Source: Stegostoma tigrinum (Eukaryota). Taken from it: a DNA stretch of 64,000 nucleotides. Position numbers and translations under genes: made by a program. A model generated the notes under the pieces. The model made no database searches. It was given only the letters and a program-made list of their open reading frames with translations, and was not told the origin of the DNA. Positions 1 to 13,830 of this stretch are shown piece after piece. The stretch lies in the NCBI RefSeq assembly GCF_030684315.1, contig NC_081386.1:28550392-28614391 (forward strand), written 5' to 3'. Positions within the stretch are counted from its first letter, which is position 1. Each line of letters starts with the position of its first letter.

Positions 1-3000
1 TTGTAGATATCATGCTTTCAGCCTGTTATCACATTTCCACAAGGGGATATTTTACACAAATAAAATCACCAGGCACTGATTATTCTGAAGTGTCCTCCAT
101 CCATGTGCAGCATCTTTTCTTGCTTACAGACTCTTGACATTGGAATTGCCTCTTAATTTTTCTCCCAAGAAATGAGAGTGCAGTTTGTGTTGCTGATTCT
201 AATTCCAATTGTCCTGGAGATAAATGCAGCTCTAAGCAAGATACGGAGCTGTGAGAGTAGTTTATCTTTTTAATCCCCAGTCTTTTGGAGTTTGCTAATC
301 TCAATAAGTAAAGCACCATGTACTTCAGAGAGATGTGGCTGGTGATGAGGCATGAGAACTTCCCAGCTCTGTTAAAGCACAGATCACATATTGTTAAATG
401 ATTTTTCTGAACCAAATTACATCGCATTAAGGAACCATATGGAATGAATAATTTACACCAACATCTATAATGCACAAGAGAGCTTCAACAGATTGCAGAC
501 AGAATACTTGGAGCAAACTAGTTTCTAGGACTTGTAGACGCCATCTCAGAACCAGCAGACACAGAGGGACGGCAATAAAGAGCAGGCTCTTCAAAGCAAT
601 TAGATGTGGAAGATAGCATTACCACCAAACTGACCTGTCAGAATATAGATACCATGCAGGCAAGTAATTGGAGTTGCTGTGCCCATTAGTTGCAGTTGCT
701 CTCACTGCATGGCCATAAGCGACATAATAACTAGTAGGATTTCTTCTCTCACTCTAGCTTGAAGCATAGAAGCAATAGTTATATCATAATTGCATCCACT
801 TCTGCCCAATCAATCATTGCACTTTTGACATAAAATTCCCCAGATACAGATAAAAGAAAATAACTATAACGTGGCTCCAGATTAAACAGTGGGGGGGGGG
901 GCGCTGAAAACTGGCATGGGCTTGTGAAACCTAATTTTGGTCAGTGTTTTGCTTTGCTCAACATGGGTCTGTGCTCATTCTAGGAATTCTAGGACTAAAA
1001 CTAGAAAAGGAACTGTAAAATTCTTCCTAGTCTTTCAGGGGTCAGCAGTCTGCAGTTTCGGAGCCACTTACAGTTCATGAAATTCTCACCTGCTGCCCCT
1101 AGCCTTTTCCAGTTTGATTGCATTAACATGAAACAAAGCCTAAAGATAAATTAAGTCATGAAAAGTTGTCGTTTTCTTCATTGTGGGGACTACAGGCTAA
1201 TAATTGATGATAAACATGATTGTGCTGTAAGTAAATCTGTTTGAGTTATGTAGTCATTATGACTATTGATAATGCCTTAGGTTTGTGGAATAGATTTTAT
1301 GGTTGTGACCATTACTGCTGTTAATTTAACTCATAATAAATTATTCAGGAAGTGCTACGAAATGCCAACTTTTTATCACAAGCTATATAAATTAATTTGA
1401 GATACTTAGATCAAAGTCAATATTTAAAATGCAAACAGAATATTGCAAATGCTGGATATCGGAAATAAGAATGCAAAGTGCTGGAAAACCTAGCAGCATT
1501 TGGGGTGAGAGAAACACTAAACATTTTTAGTCAGAATTAAAGTGGCATATTTTGTTTCAATTACCACAGATGCTTCCAGACTTGCTGAGTATTTACAGCA
1601 AGCACTAAGTTCTTATTTTTAAGTTAATTTGGTTTAGGCATTAAATGAAAAAATTTCATAGTTAGAAAAGTCAAACAATTCAGGGTTAGGTCTATTTCAT
1701 TTTTGAATTTCCTTTCAATTTGATAATAAATAAAATACATGTACTGAAATTTTGTATGTACATTATACACTCTATCAGATACGCTTGACAGTTTACCAAG
1801 TATCTGGGATTTAGAACAACTAAATATTCTTTCTGAGGCTCCTAATAGTTTTTATTTTAGGAATTTTTCAGATATGCTTAAATGTGGCTGGGAGGCGGGT
1901 GGAGATCATCAAACCCTGTCCTAATCAATGTACACTTTTGTTTTCACTTGCCTGAAGTGGAGCTAATTGGCAAAATACTACTGCAGGCAGCTGTCACTCT
2001 ACAGTTACCCCTTTCGTAGGTTAAATGCAAATGAGGCCTATGCAGACTGAGAAGTCTAACTTTTAATGCAGAGATTTCAAAACAGAACCAGACACTGGAT
2101 CACTGGGTAACTATGTTGCTAGATTTGGGCAATTATAAAACTGCAAAGCATTTAAAATCAATGATTGGATACCTGATAATATCATGAATTCTGTAGTTTC
2201 TCGTCATATCACTCAAACATCTCGAAACACTTCACCTACAATGAAATGCATCGAGTGTAGGCAAGCATGATACCTATTTTGTTTAAAAAGAGAAGGCAAG
2301 ATTTCACAAGCAGCAGTGTGATCAATGATCAATTATGTTAGTGAAGGGAAGAGCATTGGACTAACTCCTTGCTCTTCTCCAACCTATGCTTTGGGATCTT
2401 TTAACATCCCTTGGAAGAGGCAGAGTAATCATGTTGTCCAACAGACATTTGAACTTTTTCACTTCTGCATTTGCTTGATTTTTGAAGCTGGACTTGAACT
2501 TGACAACTGTCTTGACTTTAAGGCAAATGTGCTCCTTAAGGAAGGTGCAGGTACCACAGAGTTGGGAAAATTTGGAAGTTTGTAGGTATCAGTACACGGC
2601 ATAACTGAGAAGATCAGAGGAGTGTCCACTTGTCGTGGAGATGTGAGTTCACGCTAAAGAGATTGAGTTTACTTATACATGTTATCGTGCTAGTTTTTCC
2701 ACACTGTGCATCTGGAATCTATTCTCCCAAATTGCATGCTTGTTACCAGTATTGGTTTGTGCTTAGTAAATATATTATGGGTCTCAATGCTTGTTTATGG
2801 GTGTTAAGTACCCAGTCAGTCCAGAAAAATCCCAGAAGTCCAGCATAGCATGATAAAGATGATCATGGATCACTATTAGACTTTGTTTAGATATTGTCAT
2901 TCAGTGGTCAAATCAGAGCCTTCCCTGCTGTGTGTTGGTTTTATATCTGAACTTCCTGCAGCACGACAGGTTTTCTTAGTAGGTAAATGGCACAATGCAG

Positions 3001-6000
3001 AGGTGAAGAGCATGAAGTCTTCATCTAGATAGCAGATCGCTGTAGGCAAAAGCAGGGAAAGGAGGAATTCATGTTCCATTTCCTAACATTCCTCACCTCG
3101 AAGTGCACAATTCATGAAAGGTTTTGTTTTCAGAAGTTTTAATTCATAGAAATCAAAACATGGAAACCAGTTATTTGGTCAATTTAAATCCATGGTCAGC
3201 ATTTACTGTCTAAACAAATCGCTCCAATTGCCTCTACCAACTTTATATTTCTACATATCCCATCCAGTCTTCAGTGTTAACGTGCGTCAGCCACTAATGC
3301 TGGAAATGAAGTCCACACACTCAGGAATTTTATTTGTAAAACATTTTTGCTCGCTGCCTTTTCTGCATCTTTTAACATTTAATTTTAGCTCTTGTTCTTG
3401 ACATCTCAACTATCAACTGTCTCTACCTACCTGTCCCATTCTTTCAAATTTTTAAACTCTTCTTGGCTTTATAGTTGTTTGAATAAAAAACCCTTTAGGA
3501 AACAAAAACACTCTGAGAACCTGAGTAGCTCTGACCTGGTTGTTTCAAAATATTATACAGATAATTGAATGTTTTGTCAACCCTCCTTTTTAGCAAGCAC
3601 GCATCAAGCACACAGAGCTTCAGCTTGATTCAGTTCATTACAACACATTCACTTTGACTAATCACCGATGGCCTTGCAAGGAGGATGGCTGTGTTTTAAT
3701 ATAATAATCAAGGAATAAAATATCCTCAAGGTCAGAATCCCATAGCATTGCACCAGCCCTGAACGTCAGTCACTGAAAGAAATGGTCTGAGGTTATCGAT
3801 GCACTTAACATAAGTAAAATATCCAGCAGGTTCGAGCTCTCATTGGAAATAACCTACATCATTAAGCACTGGAACAAAGCTTCTTTGTTTTTGCAACCTT
3901 TTTTTTTGATAACAATACCAGAGTGTTGCACAGGAAATATACCTCCTATACCTGCCTCCAATGTAGTCTTGATAGTCAAGTAATGCGAGATACTTGCTGC
4001 AGGGAAATGTCCCCATCTGATATTTCAAATTTCTCTTCCCCATGACTCGGCTATATCCTGCACTACAGCTGTAAATCTCCAAGACATTTCGCAGAGCAAA
4101 ATCAAACTGATTTGGATAGTGAGCCACATAAAATGATATTAATGCAAAATACTGTTCAAAGAAATAGGTCTTAAAAGAGCTGTTTAGGGAGAAAATTTCA
4201 GTGCTTAGGAGTTAGGCAACTGTAAATATGGTGGGGCAATTAAAATTGAGGAGATACAACAGGCCCGAATTGAGTAGCAATGTCCAGGGCATAAAGTGTA
4301 TGTTCAATCTCTGGATCAACTAATTTCAGCTGGCACAATACTTGGAGTGAGATAATTGAACTTGTACTGTACAAAAGACAGACTGGCACAGACAGAGTCG
4401 TTTAGGATTCCTACTGATTGATATTAGGTGTTTGTTTCCTGAATTAGATGCTTGTTGACATTTACCTTCTGAGTGATGCTGATGAGATATAGCCTTTTGG
4501 ACTTGACGCCAAAATTAGATCCCAGTGTGGGGGTCAGAAGAAAGACTGAGAATTCAGGACAGTTTTTGTTTATAAAGTCCTGCTAAACCCACTTATGTAT
4601 TGCTGTATAATCCCACAAAATATTGAAGTAGAACTTCACTTCAGATTTCTGCCTAGTTTGCCCCACTAATTTAAAAGTGTACACAGGTTCACCATACGGG
4701 AAACTGACTGCATCAACAGAATCAACCTTTCCAGCCAAAAATGCCAATCATTTATCATGTCAAAATTAACTCGCACTGATACTTCTGAGCTCCTGGTTTA
4801 CTCAGGTGGGTAAGAGTTAACTTTGCAAAACAAGTATCCTAATTGGCTGGCTGTCCCATCACGGGAAAGTTTAGTCCACGACAGAATGGCAGCATGTTTC
4901 AGATACCAACACTTCAATCCTCCTCGGCTCTCAACCTCATCTCACCTTTTTCTGTGCAATAATGCAGGCTCCAAAGTGCCCCACCTTACTGACACCCTTA
5001 GCAAAAGTCAGAGATTGGGTAGGGAAGAGATGCAATGGCATAAAAATAGGAGCTCTGCGTGACTGTTATACAGTGACTTGCACTTTCAAAGGATTAAGTT
5101 GAGCAACTTAGGCCCAATGGACTTGGCCAAGGGATATGTAATGAGACACTGTTTCTCTCATCTCATAGGATAGTTTTGCCAACTTGTAGCAGGTGACTTG
5201 TTTTTAATTTCAGGCACAGAGGTCTCATTTGCTTTTTAAATTAAGCCAAGTGTTCACATTAAAGTGATATTGTGGAAACATACTCACAGTAATAGCCCAA
5301 GCACACCGATCTGCCTGTGCTGATCTTCACATTGGGTCATAACTAGGTTGCTTATCCAACTTGGTTTTAAAATTACTTCTGAAATCATCTTCCATCACCT
5401 TTACAATTAGTGTTCTGGTTCCCAAGAAAATTAATGAAAATATATTCCTTTCTTTCCCCTATAAAATTTTGACAATGATTTTGTATCCATTTTATCACTT
5501 CACAAAGAGAATAGATTTATAAACATACATACAGATGAATTAGGAGCAGAGGTAGATCATTTAGCCACTCAAGCATCTTCCAATCAATAAGATGGTGGCT
5601 CATCATTTTGTACTTTGAATTCTACATTTTGTCTACCTCCAATAAATTTTGATTCCCTTGCCTAACAGAATCTGCCTTAACTGTAGTCTCCACTGTCAAG
5701 TCAGAGTTCTGAATTCCCAATAGCCTCCAACAGAAAAAATTCTTAGCTGTCCTAAAAAGGTGACCCGTAATTTATTAGGACCCTTAAATCAGCAGTCTCA
5801 CTTCTGGACTCACCCGCAAGGAAAAAAAAACATTTTTCACATCCTTTCTTCTCAAAACCATTCAGGATATTCTTTGTCTATTTCACCAAAACCTCTCACT
5901 CATCTTGCAAACTCTAGTAGATCATCTCATCTCTTTCTGTCATCCAAGGAGAACACTGTAACTTTGTCATTATCGAAGACCCACCCTGATGTGCAACCAG

Positions 6001-6369
6001 CCAATCTTGTATGTTTGTGATGGGGATATCCCACTGAACCAAGAAAAAAATAGACTGTTGGCATCCAAGCTCTTCCTTCTACATCTGGCACCATGGCATA
6101 CAAGTCAACTAGTCATCGAAAACCCTTCCGAGCTGGGTCCACTTTGTGAAGGCAAAGAGGTGTCTACTGTCAAGAGGACCATAAAAAGAACCATAGGACT
6201 TGGTGGGTGATCAGTGTCATATGTGTACACAATCTGACATTATTCAAATTCAAACTCTCCCCTCCTGCCTGTTCTAAATATTCTATGAGTTGAACATTAT
6301 CTATCCTGAGAGACAGACTGCATTCGTAACCTGCTCCTCTGTTGGCAACTTCTGTCCAACTACACTTAC

Positions 6370-7120
6370 CTCAAAAGATTCCAGGCATGATAGGATTGTC
6401 CAATGAGAAGTCTGGGCCTGTATGGTCTATAGTTGAAGACTGAGCAGTAATCTTACTGAAAGAGAAAATATTCTTACACTGCACCAATCCTGTTGAGCCA
6501 AGCAGGATTTTTATCCTAGTTGAAAGATTCTAGAACCAGGGACGCAGTCTCAGCAAACCACTAATAGCTTCTTCAACAGACCCTTCCAAACCTGTAGCCT
6601 CTACCATTTAGGTGGATAAGAGTAGCACGTGCACGTGAATACCACTGCCTGCAAGATCAGTTCCAAGTCACAAAACATCTTAAGTTGGAACTATATCGCT
6701 CTCCCTACATGTTTGTTGAGTCAAAATCCTGGAAATCCTTTTTTAACAACACTGTGGGTTTTCCTAAACCCCAGGACTGCAACAGTCCAAAGGCGGTAGC
6801 TCACTGTCGCTTTCACAAAGGCAATTAGAGATGGGCAGTAAACGTTGCTCCAGCCAGTATCACCTAAATCCCAATGAATAAAAGAAAATTGTAGGCCATT
6901 TAGGACTTAGATGAAGAGAAATTTCTTCATTCGGAGGATATGAAATCTTTGGAATTCTTTTCTCCAAAGGATTATGCAAGTTCAATCATTGATGTCTGTC
7001 TTGAACATAATCAAAGGATATTGTGGGAAATGAAGGAAAATGACACTGAGGTAGAAAATCATCCACCATCTACCTGGGGTGGTGGAGCAGGTTCAATGGG
7101 CAAGTGACCTACTCCTTCTA
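6370..7120 (+). mobile_element. Decayed CR1-type LINE 3' fragment interrupted by another repeat tail (~6560-6885)
   Basis: Degenerate matches to the CR1 ORF2 C-terminal/3' UTR seen in better copies at 26900-27730 (e.g. gatgaagagaaatttcttc, tctttggaattct); boundaries approximate. Confidence 0.55.
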
Positions 7121-9574
7121 TCTTGAATGTTTTCATGGTTTCCATTTCCCCATTCTGTTAGTTGAGACATTTAGGGTGATTTTGGGGGAAAAAATGGCAG
7201 GTTTGATACAGACTATTTCCTCTTGTGGGATATTTCCAATACAAGAGGACATACAGTTGTTTTGGGTGATGTAAGAAATACTTCTTCACACAAAAGATAG
7301 TGAAAGTCTGGGGCTCCCTCCTTAAATAGCTATCCAGGCTAGTTAGATTTAAAGTTTCGAAACAGATTGGTAGATTTTTGTTCGGCAAGGGCACCATGAG
7401 ATCTAGAACTGAGGCTCTAGATTGAATTAGGATACAAATTAGTTCTGATCCAGCTGAATGGCAGAAGAACATATAATGAATGAATGACCTTCTCCTTTTC
7501 CTATACACAATTAGTATCTCAACATTCAGTCATCATATCCCGTAAACTCTGTCATCTCCCCAACTTCAAAATTCTATGAAGTCCAGTTATTTAATTTTGC
7601 TTTTGGCCATTTTCCCTCACAGTACTTGTTCACTTTTCAAATTCTTCCCACCAAGAATTTCTTTGCTACATTAGTAGTTGACTGTGTTATTTGCTGATTG
7701 TGGTTTTTGTTAAATATGATCCTGATCAAAAAATGCATCTGCCTCTGCACTCCCTCAAAATGCACACAATCTTTAGGGCAGTATTTCAGCAACGGACACG
7801 CTGGGAACTAACAAAATTAGCAAACTCCTGATTTTGAACTTTCTGTGGACTTGCCAGGAGTTGAAGGGTAAAATCAAGACCATCTTTTGTTAAACCTATA
7901 AGCATCCAAGGTGGTCCCTCCAGAGGGTAAAAACTATTATCTACAGAAAGATTAGATTTAACTTGCAAAGTGAATTACAATTCAATCAACATCTTAAGAT
8001 AATGATGAGGGCCCTTTGTAATATTTCAAACAATGTTATTGGTTACAATAAGCTTAGCCTGTTATTCATCCAAGATTACCATCAGGAACAAAGTGCAAAT
8101 TTGAACTAATATCAATGGAATGATCTGCACCCACATTATCACAATCTTTGAAAAGTACTTGGATGAGCATTGTAAATATAACTTTCAAAGCTGTGGGCAT
8201 AATGCTGAAAATTAGGTCAAGTGTAGCTTTTGCATTAATGTATGTAAATATAGTCTTGTATCTGTAAGAGGTCTTTGGTTTTTGACTAGAGTCAAACTCC
8301 AGTATTTGTTTCCTTCCTTGACATGTTACTGCACAGAACCGAACCACATTTATGACTGTATATATGCACAAAGTTTTTTTTATGAATAAAGAATATATTT
8401 GAAATTAAAAAAATTAAAGACCACATGGGCCAAAAGGCCTTTTCTATTCTGTATGATTTCATGAATCTCACCGCTCTTAATTTATTAAACTTAAGTGATT
8501 GATTAATTAAAATACTGCTGATTTAAACATTATCAAGTGCAATCCTGAGCCAACATACCAGCTACAGTTAGCAGATGTACCAAGTCAACCCAATTCAATA
8601 ATGGTAAACATGCTACTATTGTAACTTTGATTATCCTCAATTTACTGAGAAACACAAAATGTAAGCCACGGTTTTCATTCCATACATAGGAAACTTGCTG
8701 GAATGTGTGCTATGCAGAGATCAGGCAGTGCCAGAATTAGTCTTGGTCTTGCTTTTAAACTGCACACTCCTGACTGCTGAAACCCAGTATCTCCCCTCCC
8801 CATCTCTTCCAGCCTCAAGACTCTGGGGTGTCAGCACTCACTTAATTCTGGCTTTGTGCAAATTCCAAATTTTAAATCACTCCACCAGTGGGGGTTGCAA
8901 CTTAAGTTGCTTAAATCCCATGCTCAAGAATTCCCTTATTTTACTTCTCCATCTCTCTACCTTCCTTCTTTAAGGCCATTCTTAAGAATTTGACCAAGCT
9001 TTCAGCCATCTGACCTACTATTCCCTTAAGGTTCCTAATTCTGTTGTTTGAATATTCGTTCATGGGATGTGGGCATCACCAGCTGGGACAAAATTTATTG
9101 CCCAAAAGATAGTTAATAGTCAAACAGCCCATCTCTTTAATTCAGAATTTACCGAATTCAAATTTCACCGCCTATTATGAAATGGGAGCTGGTGGCACCA
9201 GAACATTGGCCTGGTGTTCTGGATTGCCAGTCCAGCGATTTCAACCATGTGACTGCTTCCCCTTACTTCATAATGCTATGTTTTATTAGTGTTGCTTTGT
9301 TTTATAATTGACCTGTGAAGAGCCTTGGGATGTCTCATTTCATCAAAGGCACTGTATAAATTGTTTTTGCAGATGCCAATATGACCAGATAATGTGTTCA
9401 CACTCACTGTCCTGGATTCCAAATAAAATAAAGCGTGACAATCTACGTGAAACGTCAGAGGCCAGAAAGTGCCAGTGGAGCCAGATGGAGAGGGAACATT
9501 TGCCAAAGAAAAAACATTGTCAAAGAGCAAAAGCAATATATTCACTTTTTAGAGATAGTAGTTGCTGCACATTC

Positions 9575-9683
9575 TGGAGATACTGAGATAAGAAGGTGTG
9601 GAGCTGGATGAACACAGCATGCCAAGCAGCATTCAGAGGTGCAGGACGGCTGACGTTTCAGGCCTAGACCTTTCTTCATAAAA
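9575..9683 (-). mobile_element. Penelope pLTR-derived short repeat with degenerate hammerhead motif
   Basis: Reverse complement matches 63811-63936 and the pLTR ends at 30666-30790 and 34048-34165; core reads ATGAAGA-AAGGTCTAGGCCT-GAAACGTC. Confidence 0.75.
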
Positions 9684-11340
9684 TCTTCATTTTCTGAAAC
9701 CCACAATTTCCGGCCATACATTCCAGCTGCTGCAAAGTGGGATTAAGCTTTCCTCTGGAGCACACAGTGGGCAGAGTGGCCTCTCTGTAGATTTGTCTAA
9801 ATATCTATGGAATGAAAACGTGAATGGATATAGGAAGGAAAATCAAGTTAACTGCACATTCGCAGAACCAGCAGGGGGCACTAAAGGTCAAATCTGCGTT
9901 CTGATTCTATTCCACGGAACGTCAGCCTATCGTTGACTCAACCAGTGAACAGTCGGACTGTGAAGAGTTCTCGACATACTTTTTAAAAAGTACAGAAAAT
10001 TAGCTGATCCCCTGGAACTCACTAACCTGCTTAATTGAAAAATAATAAATAAATCCTCAATCTACTCGGGCTATATTAGAGATTAACTAATATCCCCAAG
10101 GATTGGACGACGGAGATGAAACCCTTTTCAAGGAGTTCTGAAAGTTTTTTTCTGGTGAAGCCACAACATTCGGTGGGTGTCTACTGTTCTCCTATCCTGG
10201 AGATACTGATGGCACTGCAGTAGGTTTTCAGTTAGTGACAACCCTTCCACAACCACAGCCTGGTTTCTCACTCTTCACACAGGAGTCGAAAAATCTGATT
10301 TTCAACATGCTATTCAACCATGACTGGCATTCCCATCCTCAACGATTCGTACGCACATACGTATAAAATAAGAAAAGGCGAAGGCTATTCAGCTCCTCTA
10401 GCCTGCTCGACCATCGGTAAAGATCACGGCAGGTCCGGTTGCGGTCGCAACTTTCCCGTTCTGTTTGCCCCTATCAAAAATCTAACTCTGCTTTGAATAA
10501 CTTCAGTAACAATGGTTTTACTGCTTCATGGGGAAGAGAATTTCAAGACTAATGAGGGGGCAGAATACCTCAACTTCATGTTAAATGGGAGGGTTTTTAA
10601 AAAAACACTATCTCCCCGGTTCTGGTCTCTCCCACCGGGGGTAACATCTTTTCTGCATCCACCCTGGGGTCGTGTGTGTAAAAGATACATGCAATGTCCA
10701 CCGGAGTTCACACCATAGGTATTATGAACGAAATTTCAGTAACTATTTCGGCTCCGACCTCCTGACCAAGCAGTCGGAGATAAGTAAATCGTCACTGAAG
10801 CAATAATGATAGGCCCCCGGCGGAATGACACCTTCCCCGTCGTTTATATCGTACATTTCTCAAACACACCCATTTTGGCGGTTACATAGCTGTTTTGCAA
10901 AAATGGGAATATTTATTTTCGATTGCCATAATCCTAGCTCTTCCAAAACAGCAGTAACTTCACTTTTCCCCAGTAACCAAGACCACATCAATATTAAATC
11001 ATATGGACAAGACTTGAATGATCAAAAGGCAGTATCGGGGTAAGAAACGTCAAATGATTTAAAAATAAACAAAGAAAATCACCGTGTTCAATCCCTGCAC
11101 ATTCCGTCCCTACACTCTAAATAAACCCATAAATCTAATTTTAGTTGCTGGTGCCATAAGATTAAATAATAAATCTGAAACCACAGCCTCAGGGTCAAAA
11201 ATCTCCGGTCGCCCATCCGAGTACAGCGAGGTAACTGACGGGGATTGGTTCCACCCCTCCACAAAAAATCTTGATTCGCCTTGATTTAAAATAAAATGCA
11301 CAGGTTTTAAATACTCTTCTTGTTTTCTGTTAAAACTGCT

Positions 11341-11700
11341 ACTTACGGCTGGGGCTGAGTATTCAGTGCAGGAGTCCCATCGAAATGTATCTTTCTAAAA
11401 GCGAACGGGTACAATTGAGGGGAAAGACTGAAACTGACTGTTGGGCTGGGCCTCGCCTGTCAACAAAGGCAGGGCGGAGCAGAGAAACATTGATCGACGG
11501 TGAATCTGACCAATCCTCAAAGCTAGAGTGTGATTGACAGTTGGGAAATTACCCATTGCGGGCTCGAGAAGGCGGGCACTCGACAAGTTTCAAGTGATCA
11601 AGACAACAAGATGTGAGGCTGGATGATTATCTCTGATACTAAGTTTCAAGTGAATCTAGGAAGTGGTTGTGGAAACGGGGAGGCCAATCACCTTACAAGG
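11341..11700 (-). promoter_or_regulatory. Candidate promoter and non-coding first exon of a gene transcribed away from AEN
   Basis: Local CpG enrichment, GC box GGGCGG (~11472), CCAAT boxes (~11510, ~11684), consensus donor CC|GTAAGT on - (acttac at 11341-11346); no coding exon recognised downstream in the window. Confidence 0.45.
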
Positions 11701-13539
11701 CTGCTTGGCTGCACAAGTCGTCCACGATTGATCCATACCTGGCTTTCTATTTAATCCATGTACCTCAATAATTTTACTTCTTAAAAAATTCCATCTTTCA
11801 GTATTCAGTTTGATCTTTAACATTCACATCCTGAGGATGGGACTGTTTTAGATTTTAACTAACTTTGCATGAAAAAAGTTATTTCATGGGCTGTCTGGTC
11901 TATTCTGTTTCTCTACTTAAAACACAACAATCAAGAGAAGTAGGCCATTCAGCTGCTTAAGTCCACTCCACCATTCAATATTCATGGCTGATCAGCTTCA
12001 ACACTTTCCTGCACAAAATGCACTGCCATTATTTTTCTCCAAAAATCCACACATCTTGTCTCGAACATACTTGATAGCTGATCCTCCACAATTCCAGTGG
12101 CAACTCATTTCAAAGATTGACCTCTGAGTAAAAGAATTCCCTTTCAACTCCGTCCAAAATGTCATGTCCCTTTTTCTGAGACTGTGACCCTTGATTCTAG
12201 ACTTAACAGTCAGAGGAAAAATACTGCATTTACGTTGTTGAGCCCATTGTATAGGGTCTGATAAAAGGGTTAAATCAGAGAGGTGATATAAGCCCACCTA
12301 CTAATGTGATGCCAAATGGACTTGTGGGAAGAACAGCTTAAGATCTTCGTACAACTTTGTAGTCTCTGTAACAACGTCTGTCATATCAATGTAACTCGTT
12401 ATTAGTTGCTTATTATGCTCTAAGCTAGTTCTTGTTCAATGCAAGAGCCTCTTCTAGGTGGATTGGGAAACGTTTTTCTCCATCAAATTAAGAATAAGTA
12501 TCTACTCAGTCTAAAAGAAGATGGTGGAGAATTTACCACGTGGTGAGATGCAGACTCAGCTTCACTCCAAGTATGAAATCGTGAGCACTGGTGCAGATTT
12601 AAATTAACTTCAAATATAACAGAATCCTGTAATAACTTTGAATGAAGATCACTTTTCATCCTTCTAAACGTAACAGAATAAAGGGCCTGTCAATTTAATC
12701 TTTCCTCATAGCATACTCTCACCATCCCCTCAATTAATTTATTCCTGAATGGCCACATTCTTATTTTAAGATTATGTCTCTTTGTTCCCTAGATTCTGCC
12801 ACCAGATATATCACTTGAAGTGAGTCCCATATCTGCTGGGCATCATGATTTGTGTGTGCTCAGGTGACTTGGCAGGTCCAACATGGAATCACAGATTCTT
12901 GGAGGTTCACGAATAAGGAGTTTCTCAGAGTAGGGTATGAAGTGTAGTCAGCATTGCTATGTGTTTAACAAGTCAATATCCATATGTTGATACAGGTGAA
13001 GCAAAAGGGCTTGATTGTAAATGCAAAGCTTAGTACAAATACAACTTTCCCTACTTTACCTGTCCAGAAGCCAAGACCCCAGTGGGGAAGAATTCAGCAT
13101 TTTTTTCCCCACCACCAAATCATCCATGGTACTTTTCCTCTATTATCCACCATCAATATATCACCTATTTCTAACCAATCAAATTACACGCAAAGCCCAA
13201 CATGCGCAATGAAGATTTCAACTCTTTTTCTTTCTTTATATATCCAGAAGCACTCTCATATACAAGTGAACTTTTTCTTGCCTATCACTGAATCGCTCGC
13301 TATATTTTCCCATGTGTTAACCCACCAGCAGTAAATCACTTGTGTTTTCCAACTGATTAATTTACATGCAAAGCCTGTTTAGGGCAATGTAGACCATCAA
13401 AGGAGAAAGACAGAAGCAGCTAAATCAAAATAAAGTTGGAAGTGGAGATTTCAACTCTTAAATAAAAGTCCAATGAGCATTGCCTGCTCTCAACCAACTT
13501 TGGAGCGTTTTTTTGTTAAAGGGGCCTTATTTTCGAAGA

Positions 13540-13830
13540 CTGACATCATGCAGAAATTGCAAAAACCAATTTACAATTACAAATTCACACAGAAAACTCA
13601 TACAAACAGTAACATGTTAACATCCAGATAAGATTTTTCTGTGATACTGACTGAGGAATAAGTATTGGCAGGACACTGGGGAGCACACCCTGTTTTCTTC
13701 CAAAATAGTGACACGGGATCTTTCACATTCATGTGCACTAGGAGCTAAGGCCTCAGCAATGTTTCATCCAAAGAATGGTCCTCAAACACAATGCAGCACT
13801 CCCTCAATACTGCACTGAAATGTCAGTCTG
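13540..13830 (-). mobile_element. SINE fragment, DeuSINE/SacSINE1-like (tentative)
   Basis: Reverse complement contains cagtgcagtattgagggagtgctgcattg and a core shared with other copies in the window; family name from memory only. Confidence 0.45.

Noticed and set aside
80-475. 131-aa minus-strand ORF as DET1 or another gene
   Set aside because: No recognisable motif or similarity to DET1 as I recall it; may be a TE remnant but cannot be supported
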